From the NCBI RefSeq assembly GCF_006345805.1, contig NC_043005.1, forward strand, positions 8,246,001-8,310,000: DNA of 64,000 nt, read 5' to 3'. The notes beneath the pieces are model-generated. The model ran no database searches, was not told the origin of the DNA, and saw nothing but the letters and a program-made list of their open reading frames with translations. Source of the stretch: Octopus sinensis (taxonomy: Eukaryota). The position numbers and the translations under genes are program-made. This document shows positions 51,372-64,000 of this stretch, in pieces (position 1 is the first letter of the stretch; each line of letters opens with the position of its first letter).

Positions 51372-51602
51372 TTTTCTTTACTACCCACAAGGGGCTAAAC
51401 ACAGAGGGGACAAACAAGGACAGACAAAGGGATTAAGTCAATTACATCAAACCCAGTGCGTAACTGGTACTTAATTTATCGACCCCGAAAGGATGAAAGG
51501 CAAAGTCGACCTCGGCAGAATTTGAACTCGGAACGTAACGACAAATGAAATACGGTTACGCATTTCGCCCGGTGTGCTAACGTTTCTGCCAGCTCACCGC
51601 CT
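51372..51602 (-). mobile_element. SINE family C, variant 3' portion
   Basis: Head and core match 28423-28633; the 3' part differs. Confidence 0.8.
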
Positions 51603-52624
51603 CACCAGTACATATTATTTAACGTTAGCAGGATATAGAATGCAAAAAGAAAACAAAAACACATTCTACATGATGTCTTTTCACTACTACACGTTTCCTC
51701 TTCTTTTCCTTTTCTTAAGCTCCTTTACCTCTCCAATACCAAATTACAAAACACAAGTTTATAGAAATAAGTAACCTGAATTTTAAAAAGAAACGTCCCT
51801 CGTTTTCTTTGTGGACAAAGTGAACATGAATGGGCTAAATATAAATTATATCAAAAAGCAATTGGATCTCATAACACAATATTCCACTATTACTAGAATA
51901 AAATTTTCTTGGTAAGACGAGAAAAATATCTGTTTTGCCTCTTCCCCAAACTGAACACGAACCGTTATACAATACAGTCATGCATTTGACTTTCTGAATA
52001 GGATGCTACAAGAACTTAGTGAGATGAACATAATATCTGCTCAATGTTACTGAGTTATTGAAAATGTCAATATCGATAGTTTCAAATCATTATCTTTCCC
52101 ATGTAGGAAGGGCGGTCATAGCCTTATATGTGTAAATGCCTATTGATAGTATATGAAATTGTCTCAGTAACTATCTTACGTTCACGAACACGAAAATTAG
52201 AAGGGATGTGCATGAGTTTACAGTTGTTTTAGACTGCTCCATTTTTCGTTCGGAATTGTATGCGAGAATAACCTTCAAATAAACGTTGATTCCTTCCAAG
52301 CGTTGACCTACTATTAGATATATATGGTGTTATATCATTAATTGACATCACACAACTGATCACACGTCAAACCAGAATTACAGTAGGTTAGTCACCTAAC
52401 AATAACGCCTCCAGATGAATATTGTCATTATAAAATCATGTTTCTTGACGAAAATTCACCGAACGACGAAAGTTACATCTCTATTATATTCTCAAGAAAA
52501 AATGTTACAACAAAGCAACATGAATCTCTTGTATCATTGACAAAGTGATTAATGATATATACATATATACGCATACATTTATATGCATGCCTACGTGTAC
52601 AATTATGTGTTCGTGTAATGGAGA

Positions 52625-52862
52625 GAGAGAGAGGAGAAATGGAAAGAAAAGAAGAGACGTCAACAAGAGACTATGGCATTACAACCAGCCAGGAACAGTC
52701 TTCGCTACATTTGCGGTACCTGCCAGAGGGAGTGTTTGTCCAGGATAGGACTACACAGCCACAGCAGGAAATGTATCAGGACATGAAATGTAAAAGCCGG
52801 ACTAGACTGCTTTATGCGCAACTCCATTGTCTCCCGAGACAGAGAGGATGCCAACCAACCAA
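52625..52862 (+). mobile_element. RTE (BovB-like) extreme 3' fragment
   Basis: Near-identical to the rc of 59051-59310 (YICGTCQRECLSRIGLHSH); ends GCGCAACTCCATTGTCTCCCGAGACAGAGAGGATG(CCAA)n. Confidence 0.9.
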
Positions 52863-53059
52863 TGGTGTTTCTTTGTATGTTTATATGTATGTGGGTTTTG
52901 TGTAGGTATTTTGTTAGTTGAATTTCTGCATTAATTGAGCTTCTGCAGTCGCAGTTTTGTTGTAACTATGCCAAGCCTATATTTCTTTGGAAATATTCTC
53001 CATTCTCAATATTTAGAAACCGTCCTTAATTTCAATAAACCGAACAGAATGTCTTGTCT

Positions 53060-53845
53060 CAGAAAGTTAAGCTGCTGAAACAGCTCGCGATATCAACGAT
53101 AAGTGGTCCAGGAACAACTAATGTACAGCATAATGGTGGTTCAAGAAATTTCTTAGCGGTGAGGAGAGCCTTGAAGATGATAAGCCCTAGTCCAAGCCAA
53201 TCCACACACAACTGTTCGAGGGCTTGCTTCTGAATTAGACGTAACGTATGCGACAATTTTCAACCACTTGAAAGATATTGGAAAAACAAAAATACTTGAG
53301 AAATGGGTGCCGCACGAATTGAACGAAAACTAAAAAAGAACACCATTTTGAAGTGTCGTCTTCCATTTTTTTTACGCAACAAGAACGACAACGCGCAGCT
53401 CAGTGGCTGGATGCCGAAGCTCCACAGCATTTCCCGAAGCCAAAGTTGCACCAAAAGAAGGTCATGGTGACTGATTGGTGGTCTGCCGCCGGTCTCATCT
53501 ATCACAGCTTTTAGGATCCTGGCGAAACCATTGCGGTGAAGAAGTACTGTCAGCAAATGGATAAAATGCATAAGAAACTTCGACAACAACAGCCAGCATT
53601 GGTCAATAGAAAAAGACCAATTCTTCTCCAGGACAACGCTCGACCGCACGTCGCCCAATTGACCCTGCAGAAGTTGAACGAATTGGAGTACGAAACTCTG
53701 CCTCATCCGCCATACTCATCAGACCTCTCGCCTACCGACTATCACTTTTTCAGGCTTCTTGACAAGTTCCTGCATGAGAAATGCTTCAAAAACCAAGACG
53801 ATGCCAAAGACGCCTTCAACGACTTCATCGCCACCAGAACTTCTG
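53060..53845 (+). pseudogene. Hsmar1-like (cecropia-type) mariner transposase fragment
   Basis: KAAETARDIN, WWFKKF..EESLEDD, EKWVPHELNEN, PKLHQKKVMVT.WWS, ILLQDNARPHVA, HPPYSSDLSPTDYHFF; no TIR seen. Confidence 0.9.
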
Positions 53846-54590
53846 CTGGGTTTATCTTATTTCCAAATAATTCTCTCAAACTTGCACATCTCTCTTCTTC
53901 AATTACAATCGCCTTGGTGTTCTCTGGATAACATTCTGCTGCTGTTAACTTCACTCTCAATACCGATTTCGTTTTCGTTATTTTCTTTTCAATTTCCGTG
54001 AGTTTCGAATATGTCACCATATGCCATTTCTTTTTTTTTTGTTACTTGTTCCTGTTTTTCCACCTGGGTTTCTACGTTGGTTTCCCTTGTTGATATTGTT
54101 AGAAGCTTCTCTGTCTCTTCCTGTTTATTTTCTTTCCTTTTCTTTAGTGAACACTTTGGTGGTGAGTCCACGTTTTCCTTCCTTTACATTTTCCTATTTA
54201 CCACCTTATACTTCTCATCCACCCTCTTTAAAAACTTCTCACACACTGGGGTTACCACTTCAGCATTTTTCTCCTGCTCGTTACCCTGTTGCTGCTGTTC
54301 CTGTTCACCTTTCTCGTCATTCTGGGGACACCTTGCTCTCATGTGTCCCCTTACTTGACACTGGTAACAGGTTGGAGGTCTTCCCTTCACCACTACTCTT
54401 AATCTCACTTCCTCCAGCAGTATCACCTCTTCCGCCACCTCAAGACCATATCCACAGCAGTTTTCCTCTTTCGTTCTCTCTACTTTTAAAATGTTTGCTT
54501 TCTCCGTCATATTATACCTAATGGCTGCCACCAGCCACGTCTCTTCAGTTTTTCCATCATCAAAATTATACACAGTACGAAAGGTGCTGA
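53846..54590 (-). pseudogene. Non-LTR ORF1 (gag-like) fragment with CCHC zinc knuckle
   Basis: RVVVKGRPPTCYQCQVRGHMRARCP followed by K/E/Q-rich low-complexity sequence. Confidence 0.75.
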
Positions 54591-54855
54591 CCCTTGGTGA
54601 GAGCAGAATTCACAATTGCTCAAACTAGATGTAGAAGTATACATACAGAAAGCGATATATATCAGTTCCTCTAAAAGACCTATAAGTCTCTTTTTCTAAG
54701 TCAGAAATCCTTCTTCAGTTACTCCTGTGTTGAAAATGCGTCGTACGAGTTTAATACGGAGAAATATTGTTTATTCTATATCAATGCCGGTTTCAATGTC
54801 ATCATTGCTTGTTCGGATGTGTTCAGCTTTTCTTAGCATTATAGGAAGGGAACCG

Positions 54856-55307
54856 TTACTCTCTTTTACTCTTTACTCTTTTACTCTTTTACTTGCTTCA
54901 GTCATTTGACTGCGGCCATGCTGGAGCACCGCCTTTAGTCGTGCAAATCGACTCCGGGACTTATTCTTTGTAAGCCCAGTACTTATTCTATCGGTCTCTT
55001 TTGCCGAACCGCTAAGTGACGGTTTTGCTGAACCGCTAAGTGACGGCGACGTAAACACACCAGCATCTGTTGTCAAGCAATGCTAGGGAGACAAACACAG
55101 ACACACAAACACACCGACATACATATGTATATATATATATATATACATATATACGACAGGCTTCTTTCAGTTTCCGTCTACCAAATCCACTCACAAGGCA
55201 CTGGTCGGCCCGGGGCTATAGCAGAAGACACTTGCCCAAGATGCCACGCAGTGGGACTGAACCCGGAACCATGTGGTTGGTTAGCAAGCTACCTACCATA
55301 CAGCCAC
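54856..55307 (-). mobile_element. SINE family A with 24-bp internal tandem duplication and (CTCTTTTA)n tail
   Basis: Units 54999-55022 and 55023-55046 differ at one base. Confidence 0.9.
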
Positions 55308-55489
55308 TGTGTACAATGTGTTTAAACAGTATATTGTAACTTCACGTATTTCTAAAGGCTACTGTTAATCAGAATTCTTGTTATCTTTCTAATAGTTTCG
55401 TTAGATAACTGACAATAATTACATAAGTAGTACTTTAATAAGAGAAGTAATTGGACTAAAGCATGTATTTGTGTTAAATATTCGAGATG

Positions 55490-55780
55490 GATGGACTACT
55501 CTACTTATCCTTACCCTGGCCACACGTTTGCCAAAGTAAGTTGGCAGAAGTACACATTCTGGTGTTCTTAGCGCCACAGTGCCGTGGTCTATCGCTTCTT
55601 ACTCTCTATTGAACCTTACCTCCATTGTGCCGTATATTTTCCCTCTGGTATAACATATTGTAATGTTCTTTATCTCCTCCAAACACCCTTCTATAGCTTC
55701 CACAGTAGCTATTTCAATTGTTTTCGTTGCCGTGGACAACGGTCTATAGACTACTGTCTGCTTAGTTACGCTCACTATGC
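55490..55780 (-). pseudogene. Non-LTR ORF1 N-terminal fragment
   Basis: TVVYRPLST..YTRGKIYGTMEVRFNRE*EA..LRTPECVLLPTYFGKRVARVRI; family inferred. Confidence 0.5.
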
Positions 55781-55859
55781 CTAGAATAGAAAAGAATATT
55801 CACAGGACATAAGACCTGAGTCCATCACGTTGAGCCAGAATCCAAAAGGCAGAGTATGG

Positions 55860-56290
55860 AGCGGAAAAACCTGGGATTTCCAGCAAAAAAGGGATTGAAG
55901 ACTTAACTTTCCGCAGAATTAAAGATTCTAACCAATTTGTACGAAGCAAACATAGTGTACTGGAATGTTACTTGTAAAAGTAGGCTACAGTCATCAATGT
56001 TGGCCAACTAGAACCAGCAATTCGAGCACAAAAGCCGAGGTCTGTTGTGAAAGTAAGTATTTTAGTTGGACGGCAATGCACGCCTACATACAGCACCCAC
56101 ACCGTTGAAACCATTGAAAAATTTGCTGTGACTCCCTCATTCAGTCCAGGTCTCGCTCCTGTAGGACTCCCTGTATGAATGGCCTCACGAGCAGCCAAAA
56201 GACCTCCTTCTCTCATGGAATAAGTAAGCTTATGGACTGCTGGGAGAAGTGCATTGAAAAGCAACGTGACTAAGTCGAAAAGCGATGTTA
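55860..56290 (+). pseudogene. Decayed mariner transposase 3' fragment
   Basis: SFSPGLAP and SFSHGISKLMDCWEKCIEKQRD*VEK. Confidence 0.7.
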
Positions 56291-56343
56291 TTGTTGAACC
56301 GCAGCATTTGCTTCAATAATTTACAGAAAGAGGAGTGAGTATA

Positions 56344-56396
<53 letters not shown>

Positions 56397-57145
56397 TGAG
56401 TGTGTGTGTGTGTTTATATGTGTGTGTGTGCGCGTGTATAAATGTAAAGAAACTAATATTTTATTTTATTAGAAGCGTCGAAATGTCCCACGGCTGGTTA
56501 TTGGCGAAGTCTTCCTCCTTGCATTGGTAATTTAGTCAGTATTTCTGCTGTTCTAACAACAACTCTGCGTTCGAAAAAAACATTATCTTATTTGTATCAT
56601 ATATGGTTTGTGGGGCGGATGTTTGTGTGTGCGTGTATGAGTTTAACAAAATGTCCATATTTCTAAGCCGTTGCTTTAAATCCGCCTCGTATAAAAATTA
56701 CGAAAACTATACTAAAACTGTGTATAAATATTCTACAAAATTATTTATTATGCGTCCATGAGGTATGGAAGTAAACTTAGAGAATTTGATATCGATTTCT
56801 GGTATCGTATCATACTTTACAAGCTATAGAATCTAAGGTCATGACATGCAAAAGAACGTATCAAATACCACGGCTTACGGGGTCAGCGATACGTATAGCA
56901 CATTAATACAGTCATTGACTTAGTAGCCGATTCATATGATGTCGAGTACTCATGCATAATCATTTTGTCAGTTTCTGTCAGAAGATGAGCGAAATCACAA
57001 TATTGATCATGCATCAATCTCTGTTGCTCTCTCTTATTCTCTCTCTACCTCTCTAGATATAGCATTCTTTCAGCTTTTTGTGAAGTGTCTCTCTTTATGT
57101 ACATTCATTCCCAATGTTTTACAATTAACTCAGCACCCTAATTTC

Positions 57146-57209
<64 letters not shown>

Positions 57210-57234
57210 CGCGCGCACACACATTCTTCTTTCT

Positions 57235-57523
57235 TTTATCCTTTAACCTGTATCAGTCATTTAACTGCGGCCATGCTGGAACACCGTAAACACCAAGGTC
57301 AGTTTTCAAGTGATTGTGGGGGACAAACACAGATACACAAATACACGAACACACACACACACGACGGGCTTGTTTCAGTTTCCGTCTACCAACTCCACTC
57401 AAAAGGCTTTGGTCGGCCCCACGCTATAGTAGAAGACATTTGCTCAAGGTGCCACACAGTGGGACTGATCAAGGAACGATGTGGTTTGGAAGGAAGCTTC
57501 TTATCACATAACCACTCCTGCTT
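57235..57523 (-). mobile_element. SINE family A, internally deleted
   Basis: Head, short CA tract and tail present; mid-body missing. Confidence 0.8.
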
Positions 57524-57578
57524 GCTTTTATGTTAGTTGTAATACAAAACAATTTTACATTAATCTCATGTATTATAC

Positions 57579-60500
57579 CAGCGGTTCTCAAACCGTGCGC
57601 CGCGAGATGTAATTAGGTGCGCCTCGAAAAAGGAAAATTATACAAACCGAAATTAACTAGAAAGTTCATAGATAAATGTGAAAGTGGCAAAAAACTAAAT
57701 ACTAAATGGTTGTGTCATTCAATTCAATTATGAATCTGAAATTTCATAAGGATAAGAACTCAATTAGCATCAATCTATCCTCGAAATTGACGTCTTATTT
57801 ACATATTCAGTGCACCAATATGTTTCCGTTTATTTCGGTCGTAGCCTCAGCAATTTTCATTTCAATAATATATGTGAAAAATAAACTATGGAACTAAAAT
57901 ATACGATGTTGAAATAAATCTTTTAATACGCCCTCACATTTAGCGGCGGCTGTATTTCAATTTTTTTTTCATTCACACAGTGGCGGGAACTTTCCTATTT
58001 TCAATTAATTTTGAAAGACTTCTCAAAAGAGTCCGATAATATGTGACACGCTGCCATTTTTCACAGCTCACTAACCACTCGTCTCAGTCTCAGTTTGACT
58101 CTGTTAGTAATCCGTGCTCTTTGTGCGAGACAATTCATATTAACAGACTAAATTACCTATAAAATGGAGAAGTTTATTTAGAGAAAACAACCATGACGAT
58201 TATGAATCTGAAAGTGAACGTTCGTCAAAAGCAAATAGGCATAGTGATAAAAGTGTGAAAGCTCGACCCAATCGTAAATATTGCAATAGCTATTTAAAGT
58301 TTGGGTGTCATTGGAATGGCAACGAGCATCAACCTGTTCTGCTGTGTGTTTGTGGAGAAGGTGATGCCTAACGAAGGCAACTAAACACTCACATCCTGAA
58401 TGGAAAGATCTGAATTATTTCCAAAGCCTGCTAGAACAGCAATCTAAACAAAGAAACTATTTCGAAAAAAGGATGAACGCTTCTGAAAAGGCACAAATTG
58501 CGTCTATTCAGATAACCGAAATAATTGCACTACAAAGGAAATCGCAGATTTTAGCCGAGTCGATTATCTTATCCGCTTGTAGAAAATGGTTAAAGCCATC
58601 TTAGGTGATGAAGCTGAGCAAGAAATAAGCAAGATTCCGCTTTCAAACAATACAAACCATAGGAGAAGAGGAAAATGTACAGAACAAACTTCAGAACTCA
58701 GAATTTGCTCTACGGGTTGTAGATTAAACTGACATTAGTAACAAAGCACAATTACTTACATTTATTCGCTTTATTGATGGCAACCAAATCATAAATCAGT
58801 TCTTTTGATGCAAATAAATGCCACTCACTACAAGAGGTCAAGATATTTTTGACATTTTATCTACTTACTTCGAAAAATAGAAATTATTCCGGAATTCAAG
58901 TGTTGGAATATGAATCGATGGAGCACCATCAATGACAGGCTCTATTAAAGGGTTTGCATCGCTCGTACAACAGCAAAATCCTAATGTTATACGTACTCAT
59001 TGATTCCTACATAGGAAGATACTAGTTTCAAAAACAATACCAGTTGAGTATTGTATTTGTATTGGCATCCTTTCTGTCTCGGGAGACAATGGAGTTGCGC
59101 ATTCTTTTTTCTAGGTCTAGTTATATTCTAGGTCTGTTATATTTTATTTCCTGTTACATTTCTTGCTGTGGCTGTGTAGTCCTATCCTGGACAAACACTC
59201 CCTCTGGCAGGTACTGCAAATGTAGCGAAGACTGTTCCTGGCTGGTTGTAGTGCCATGGTCTCTTGTTTATGTCTCTTCCTTTCTTTCCATTTCTCCTCT
59301 CTCTTTCTGTCACTCCTCTGTATACCCTCTTTTACTGTACGTCGCCATTCTCCACGGTTGCCGGCGACTGCCTCCCAACCGCTAATGTTGATGTTGCAGG
59401 CCTTCATATCCCTTTTGCAAACATCCTTGTAACGTAAGATCGGTCTACCCACAGACCTAGTACCCCTAGCAAGCTCTCCGTAGAGTATGTCCTTGGGGGA
59501 TTCTGCCATCTTTCATACGGCTAACATGCCCAAGCCATCTCATACGTCTTTGTGTGAGGAGTGCAAACATGCTTGGTATTCCTGCTTGCCTGAGGACATC
59601 TTTGTTGGGGATATTATTCGGCCATTTGATGTGGAGGATTTTTCGGAGGCAGCGCAGGTTAAAGATGTTTAGGCGACGCTCTTGGCGTGTGTATAGCGTC
59701 CAGGTCTCGCTTCCATACAGTAGAGTGCTGAGTACACATGCCTGGTAGATCTTCATTTTTGTGGTCTTGGTCAGCTTATTGTTGTCCCAAGCCCGTTTGG
59801 AGAGTTGGGCCATTGCAGCAGCTGCCTTGCCAATGCGTATATTGAGCTCAGCGTCAAGGGATAGGTTGTAGGTGACGGTAGAGCCCAGATAGGTAAACTT
59901 CTCCACCTCTTGTAATCTGTGGTCTCCAATATGTATGTTTGGGATGTCCGATGTAGCCTGGCCCATGATGTTGGTCTTCTTAAGGCTGATAGCTAAGCCA
60001 AAGTCGTTACATGCTTGCTCAAAACAGTTAATGAGCCTTTGGAGGGCTTCTTCTGTGTGTGTGTTACCAGAGCGGCATCATCAGCAAATAACATCTCCTT
60101 GATCAAGACGTTTCTGATTTTGGTCTTGGCACGCAGGCGCGAGAGATTGAACAGTTTCCCGTCACTTCTACTGTGCAGAAACACTCCATCATCTGATGTC
60201 TGAAAGGCATGTGACGGCAAGAATGAGAAGAAGATGCCAAACAATGTAGGAGCGAGGACACAGCCTTGCTTTACCCCGTTTTTTATTTGGAAGGCGGCTG
60301 ATGTTGAACCGTTGTGCTGTATGGTGCCTTGCATGTCATCATGGAAAGACTTGATGATCCTCAGCAGCTTTGGTGGACATCCGATTTTTTGGAGCAGGAG
60401 GAAGAGGCCTGTTCTGCTTACCGAGTCAAAAGCCTTTGTTAGATCAATGAAGGCCATATATAATGGCATTTTCTGCTCTCTGGACTTCTCCTGAAGTTGG

Positions 60501-61592
60501 CGTATGGAGAATATCATATCGATAGTTGATCTGCTTTTACCAGTTGAGTAAAAGCAAGTATTATACCAAGTTGTTGAAATGGTTAATTTTATTAAAAGTA
60601 GGCCGTTGAAGTGTCGCTTATTTGAACAAATTTATGTCGATATCGATCCGCAGCACAAGCATTTACTTTTACACACAAAAGTGAGATGGCTCTCAAAAGG
60701 TAAGGTGCTACGTTGCTTATATGAACCCCGGAAGGAACTGCATGCATTTTTAAAGAAGAAAAAGATAAATACTTCTTGGAATATCCAGAATGTGAATTTT
60801 AGAATGTTTCTAAGCTGGATTATTTAACAGAGATATTTGCACAACTTAACAGCGTCAACGCAAGTATACAAAGTAGAAATGAATGCATTCTCATTTCGAC
60901 AGATAAGATGGTTTCATTAAAAAAGTATGTTGTAATTTGGAAAAATCGAGCTGAAGGTGCTAACTTCGAAATGTTTCCCATAAAACGTAGCAACTGCATA
61001 AAAGAAATGACTCCTATTATATTTGAAAATTTGACAAATCTGGAAGAAAAAATAAACTTTTATCTTCCGTCATTGAACGCAGAAGAGTATGGTTGAGTTC
61101 GAAACCCCTTCATAAATTTCCATCTAATACTGGTCTCAAAATATTTGAAGAAGAGGTATTGACATTAATATCCAATGATCACGGACTTAAAATCAAGTAT
61201 GCTTTGCTGAGTTACCTATTGATACTCTTTGGATTACCCCTCAGTAGCAAAAAAAAAAGTGCTTTATCCGTTTTGATCCAGTTTTCCACATCATATTTAT
61301 GTGAGCTGGGATAGAAGAAACGAGGGTTTGTCTTTCTCAAATACATCCCCCACCCAAAAGAACGATCCTACCAAAAAAAATGAAGCGCGTGTTTCCCATT
61401 GATAATTTTGCTTCATATATTGAATAAAGAGCAAGTACGTGCAATTTTTCTGTATTTTTAATTATATCTATATCTCTTTATAGTTTATACTATGCTAATA
61501 TGTATAAAACCCATTTTGAATAAATTTTAGAATTTATATAATATTTTAACCTCTTGTAATGTGCGCCCTGAGTGAAAGTTTGGGAGCCACTG
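57579..61592 (+). mobile_element. hAT (Buster/Charlie, ZBED5-like) transposon, about 2.5 kb without the nested RTE
   Basis: TIRs CAGCGGTTCTCAAAC and (rc) CAGTGGCTCCCAAAC; decayed transposase RKYCNSYLKFG, EISKIPLSNNT, DGAPSMTG, VNFIKSRPL, VRWLSKGKVL, FSTSYLCELG. No TSD recognisable. Confidence 0.9.
59051..60537 (-). mobile_element. 5'-truncated RTE (BovB-like) LINE with 13-bp TSD
   Basis: TSD TACCAGTTGAGTA at 59038-59050 and 60538-60550; FIDLTKAFDSV, GVKQGCVLAPTLF, LFADDAAL, YGSETW, WLGHVSRM, CSTCQREC..GLHSH; 2 frameshifts; short ATACAA-type tail. Confidence 0.97.
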
Positions 61593-61698
61593 TGGTTAGA
61601 TTAAGCTGTTGAAGAGTACAAATTCACTATTCTTACATACACACAAATAATATATATAACATATATATGCATAATATTCATACGTATTAATATAATGT

Positions 61699-62063
61699 TG
61701 GCAGTGTGGTAAGAAGCTCGTTTCCCAACCACGTGGTTCCGGGTTCAGTCCCACTGTGCAGCACCATGGGCTGACCAAAGCCTCGTGAGTGGATATGGTA
61801 GATGGAAACTGAAAGAATCCCATCGTATATATATGTATATATATGTACATGAGTGTCTTTATGTTTGTGTTTGTCCCCCACCATCACTTGACAACCTATG
61901 TTGGTGTGTTTACGTCCCCGTAACTTAGTAATTCGGCAGAAGAATCGATAGAACAAGTACCGGACATACATAGATAAGCCCAGGAGTCAATTTCTTCGAC
62001 TAAAAGGCGGTGCCCCTGCATGGGCCCAGTCAAATGACTGAAACAAGTAAAAGAATAAAAGAA
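61699..62063 (+). mobile_element. SINE family A, full length
   Basis: Same architecture as the other family A copies. Confidence 0.88.
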
Positions 62064-62069
62064 TATACT

Positions 62070-62125
<56 letters not shown>

Positions 62126-62490
62126 GAGAAAGAGAGAGAGAGTGTGTGATGATCTATACAGACACACATATAAATGTATATTTGTACACACACACACATG
62201 CGCAAATATATTTATCTATACATATATAAGAGTGTATACTGATTTATACAAAAGAAGACAACCCGTGACAGGACCTCTTGCATGCTAAAAGGGCTGTTAA
62301 ACCCAAACCACGAAAAAATAATTCTAAGAGCACGCCGATAATGGCACTAGAATGAGAGGAATTGTTATTTTTAGTTAATCCCATACTCAAGTTTCCCTAT
62401 TAACGAGCAACTAAATTAATTTGTCATTCGTAGTTCATCATTAGGTCGCTAAAATAATGCATAATTTTGTAGCTTAACACGCATCCTTAT

Positions 62491-62798
62491 CACCGTGATC
62501 ACCGTGACCGACCAGGCTATCAGATGTTGCTACACATCGCTGGTCACAATGCACTTCGCATTGTTTTAGCCTTCAAGTGACGCCACCCCGCTGGCTAAGC
62601 GAGCAGGCCAACAGAAGAAAGAGTGAGAGAAAGTTGTGGCGAAAGAGTACAGCAGGGTTCGCCACCACCCCCTGCCGGAGCCTCGTGGAGCTTTAGGTTT
62701 TCTCGCTCAATAAACACTCACAACGCCTGATCTGGGAATCGAAACCGCGATTCTCCGACTGCGAGTCCGCTGCCCTAACCACTGGGCCATTGCGCCTC
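62491..62798 (-). mobile_element. tRNA-derived SINE (OR-like head), tail type 2, with 13-bp TSD
   Basis: TSD CACGCATCCTTAT at 62478-62490 and 62799-62811; 3' end GGTCGGTCACGGTGATCACGGTGAT. Confidence 0.92.
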
Positions 62799-64000
62799 CA
62801 CGCATCCTTATACATTATGGATTTAAATCAAGCGTGTAAGCAAATTCACATAGCCAGCAACAAATAATAAATTTTAAAACTGCGTATTATTAGTCCAAGA
62901 ATTAGGAAATTTTATTGTGTAAATCATAAGGGTAAATACGTGTATACATACACACATATGTATTGTAATTATCCATTTAAAATCAGTGGGAGAATAAAAT
63001 TTTTTATTCAATACAAATTACTTAGTACTATAGAAATATTTGCGTAGATGATGACATTCACAAAATTCATGATAATTAAAGAATTAGTCTGAGTGCATTA
63101 AAATGGTGAGAAATAATACTGATTTGGTGTGATTCTGAAGGGCAAGGTAAGATTGGTTAATAGAAATGTATCAAATGACTGGTCAGTTTCACGTGGAACA
63201 ACCCGGTATGTAAAAACATCTGAGTTGGGAAAATAAGGGATAGTAGCAAATATAAGATGAGGATAGTTCTTTACCTTGCGGAGGGGTAATTATAGAGAGG
63301 TATAGTTTAAAATGAAATGAATATTGAAGGGTTGTCAAACATCAATGCTAGTGGGCAACGAAAAGAAAAGTGGGGTGCAAAGCACATGAGGGGAAGAAGT
63401 TAAAATAAAATAGCATATTTTGATTGAACATGATAACATATCTCCAAATCCTAGAACCAACAAAATATATTTTTCCAAAAATATACCGATTCTGAGACCA
63501 TCACTGGTGTTCTAGAGCCGCTATCAAGGTAACTACATCATTATCCTCATCGTTGTCGTTATCATAGTGATCATCGTCGTCGTCGTCGTCCTCATCATCA
63601 TCAGTATCATCATCATATCATGATATTTAAAAAGCAACCAAAATGAAATAACAAATGGCGATATATATTTAACAGCAAAAAACAACACTTAAAAGTTGGG
63701 GACAGCTATCTGTGAGAAGCGATTTCAAATTTTAGGACAACAATTGAATTTTCAACACGGACAAACTTTCAAATTAGACTGATTTTAACAGTGCTTCCTG
63801 TAATCCTGTTTACATTACAATATGTACAGTATCTAAAGAAAATTATACGAGATAGTCTGAATGAAATTCAGAAAATTAGAAACACTACATTGAGAGGGAA
63901 TTGGATTTAAATGATAAAGAATACATGCTTTCGCGAATAAATTTATACATGTGTTGATAGTCATCAACAAAATTAAAAGTTTTTCCATTATATCATTTAA

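Noticed and set aside
57571-61600. 8-bp TSD for the hAT element
   Set aside because: Flanks TATTATAC and TGGTTAGA do not match.
62340-62360. AATGGCACTAGAAT resembling the start of miR-263
   Set aside because: Only about 9 nt match and no precursor hairpin is visible.

Overview
AT-rich eukaryotic DNA dominated by microsatellites [(TA)n, (TG)n, (TGTA)n, (TCTA)n, (ACT)n] and transposable elements. The SINE families and repeat landscape suggest an octopod (Octopus-like) genome; this is recalled, not verified. No host protein-coding gene could be identified with confidence, and most ORF-track entries are translated microsatellites or antisense TE frames. Supported content: a nearly full-ORF2 L1/Tx1-type retrotransposon inserted in (TCTA)n (41.7-45.7 kb) plus a decayed relative; five mariner copies (two full length with TIRs); Tc1-like and maT-like fragments; a hAT/Buster element with a nested RTE that has a 13-bp TSD; R4/Dong-like, CR1, RTE and Penelope-like fragments; a non-autonomous Helitron; a Tc1/mariner MITE; and many tRNA-derived SINEs. 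The most notable signals are (1) minimal type I hammerhead ribozyme motifs in (TA)n-embedded cassettes, one inside a perfect 326-bp spacer-less palindrome, (2) probable microsatellite targeting by the Tx1 family, (3) a CR1/SINE shared 3' end whose hairpin shows compensatory changes, and (4) a duplicated TATA-Inr-exon-donor module at 37.9 and 40.1 kb. Candidate host exons are low confidence.
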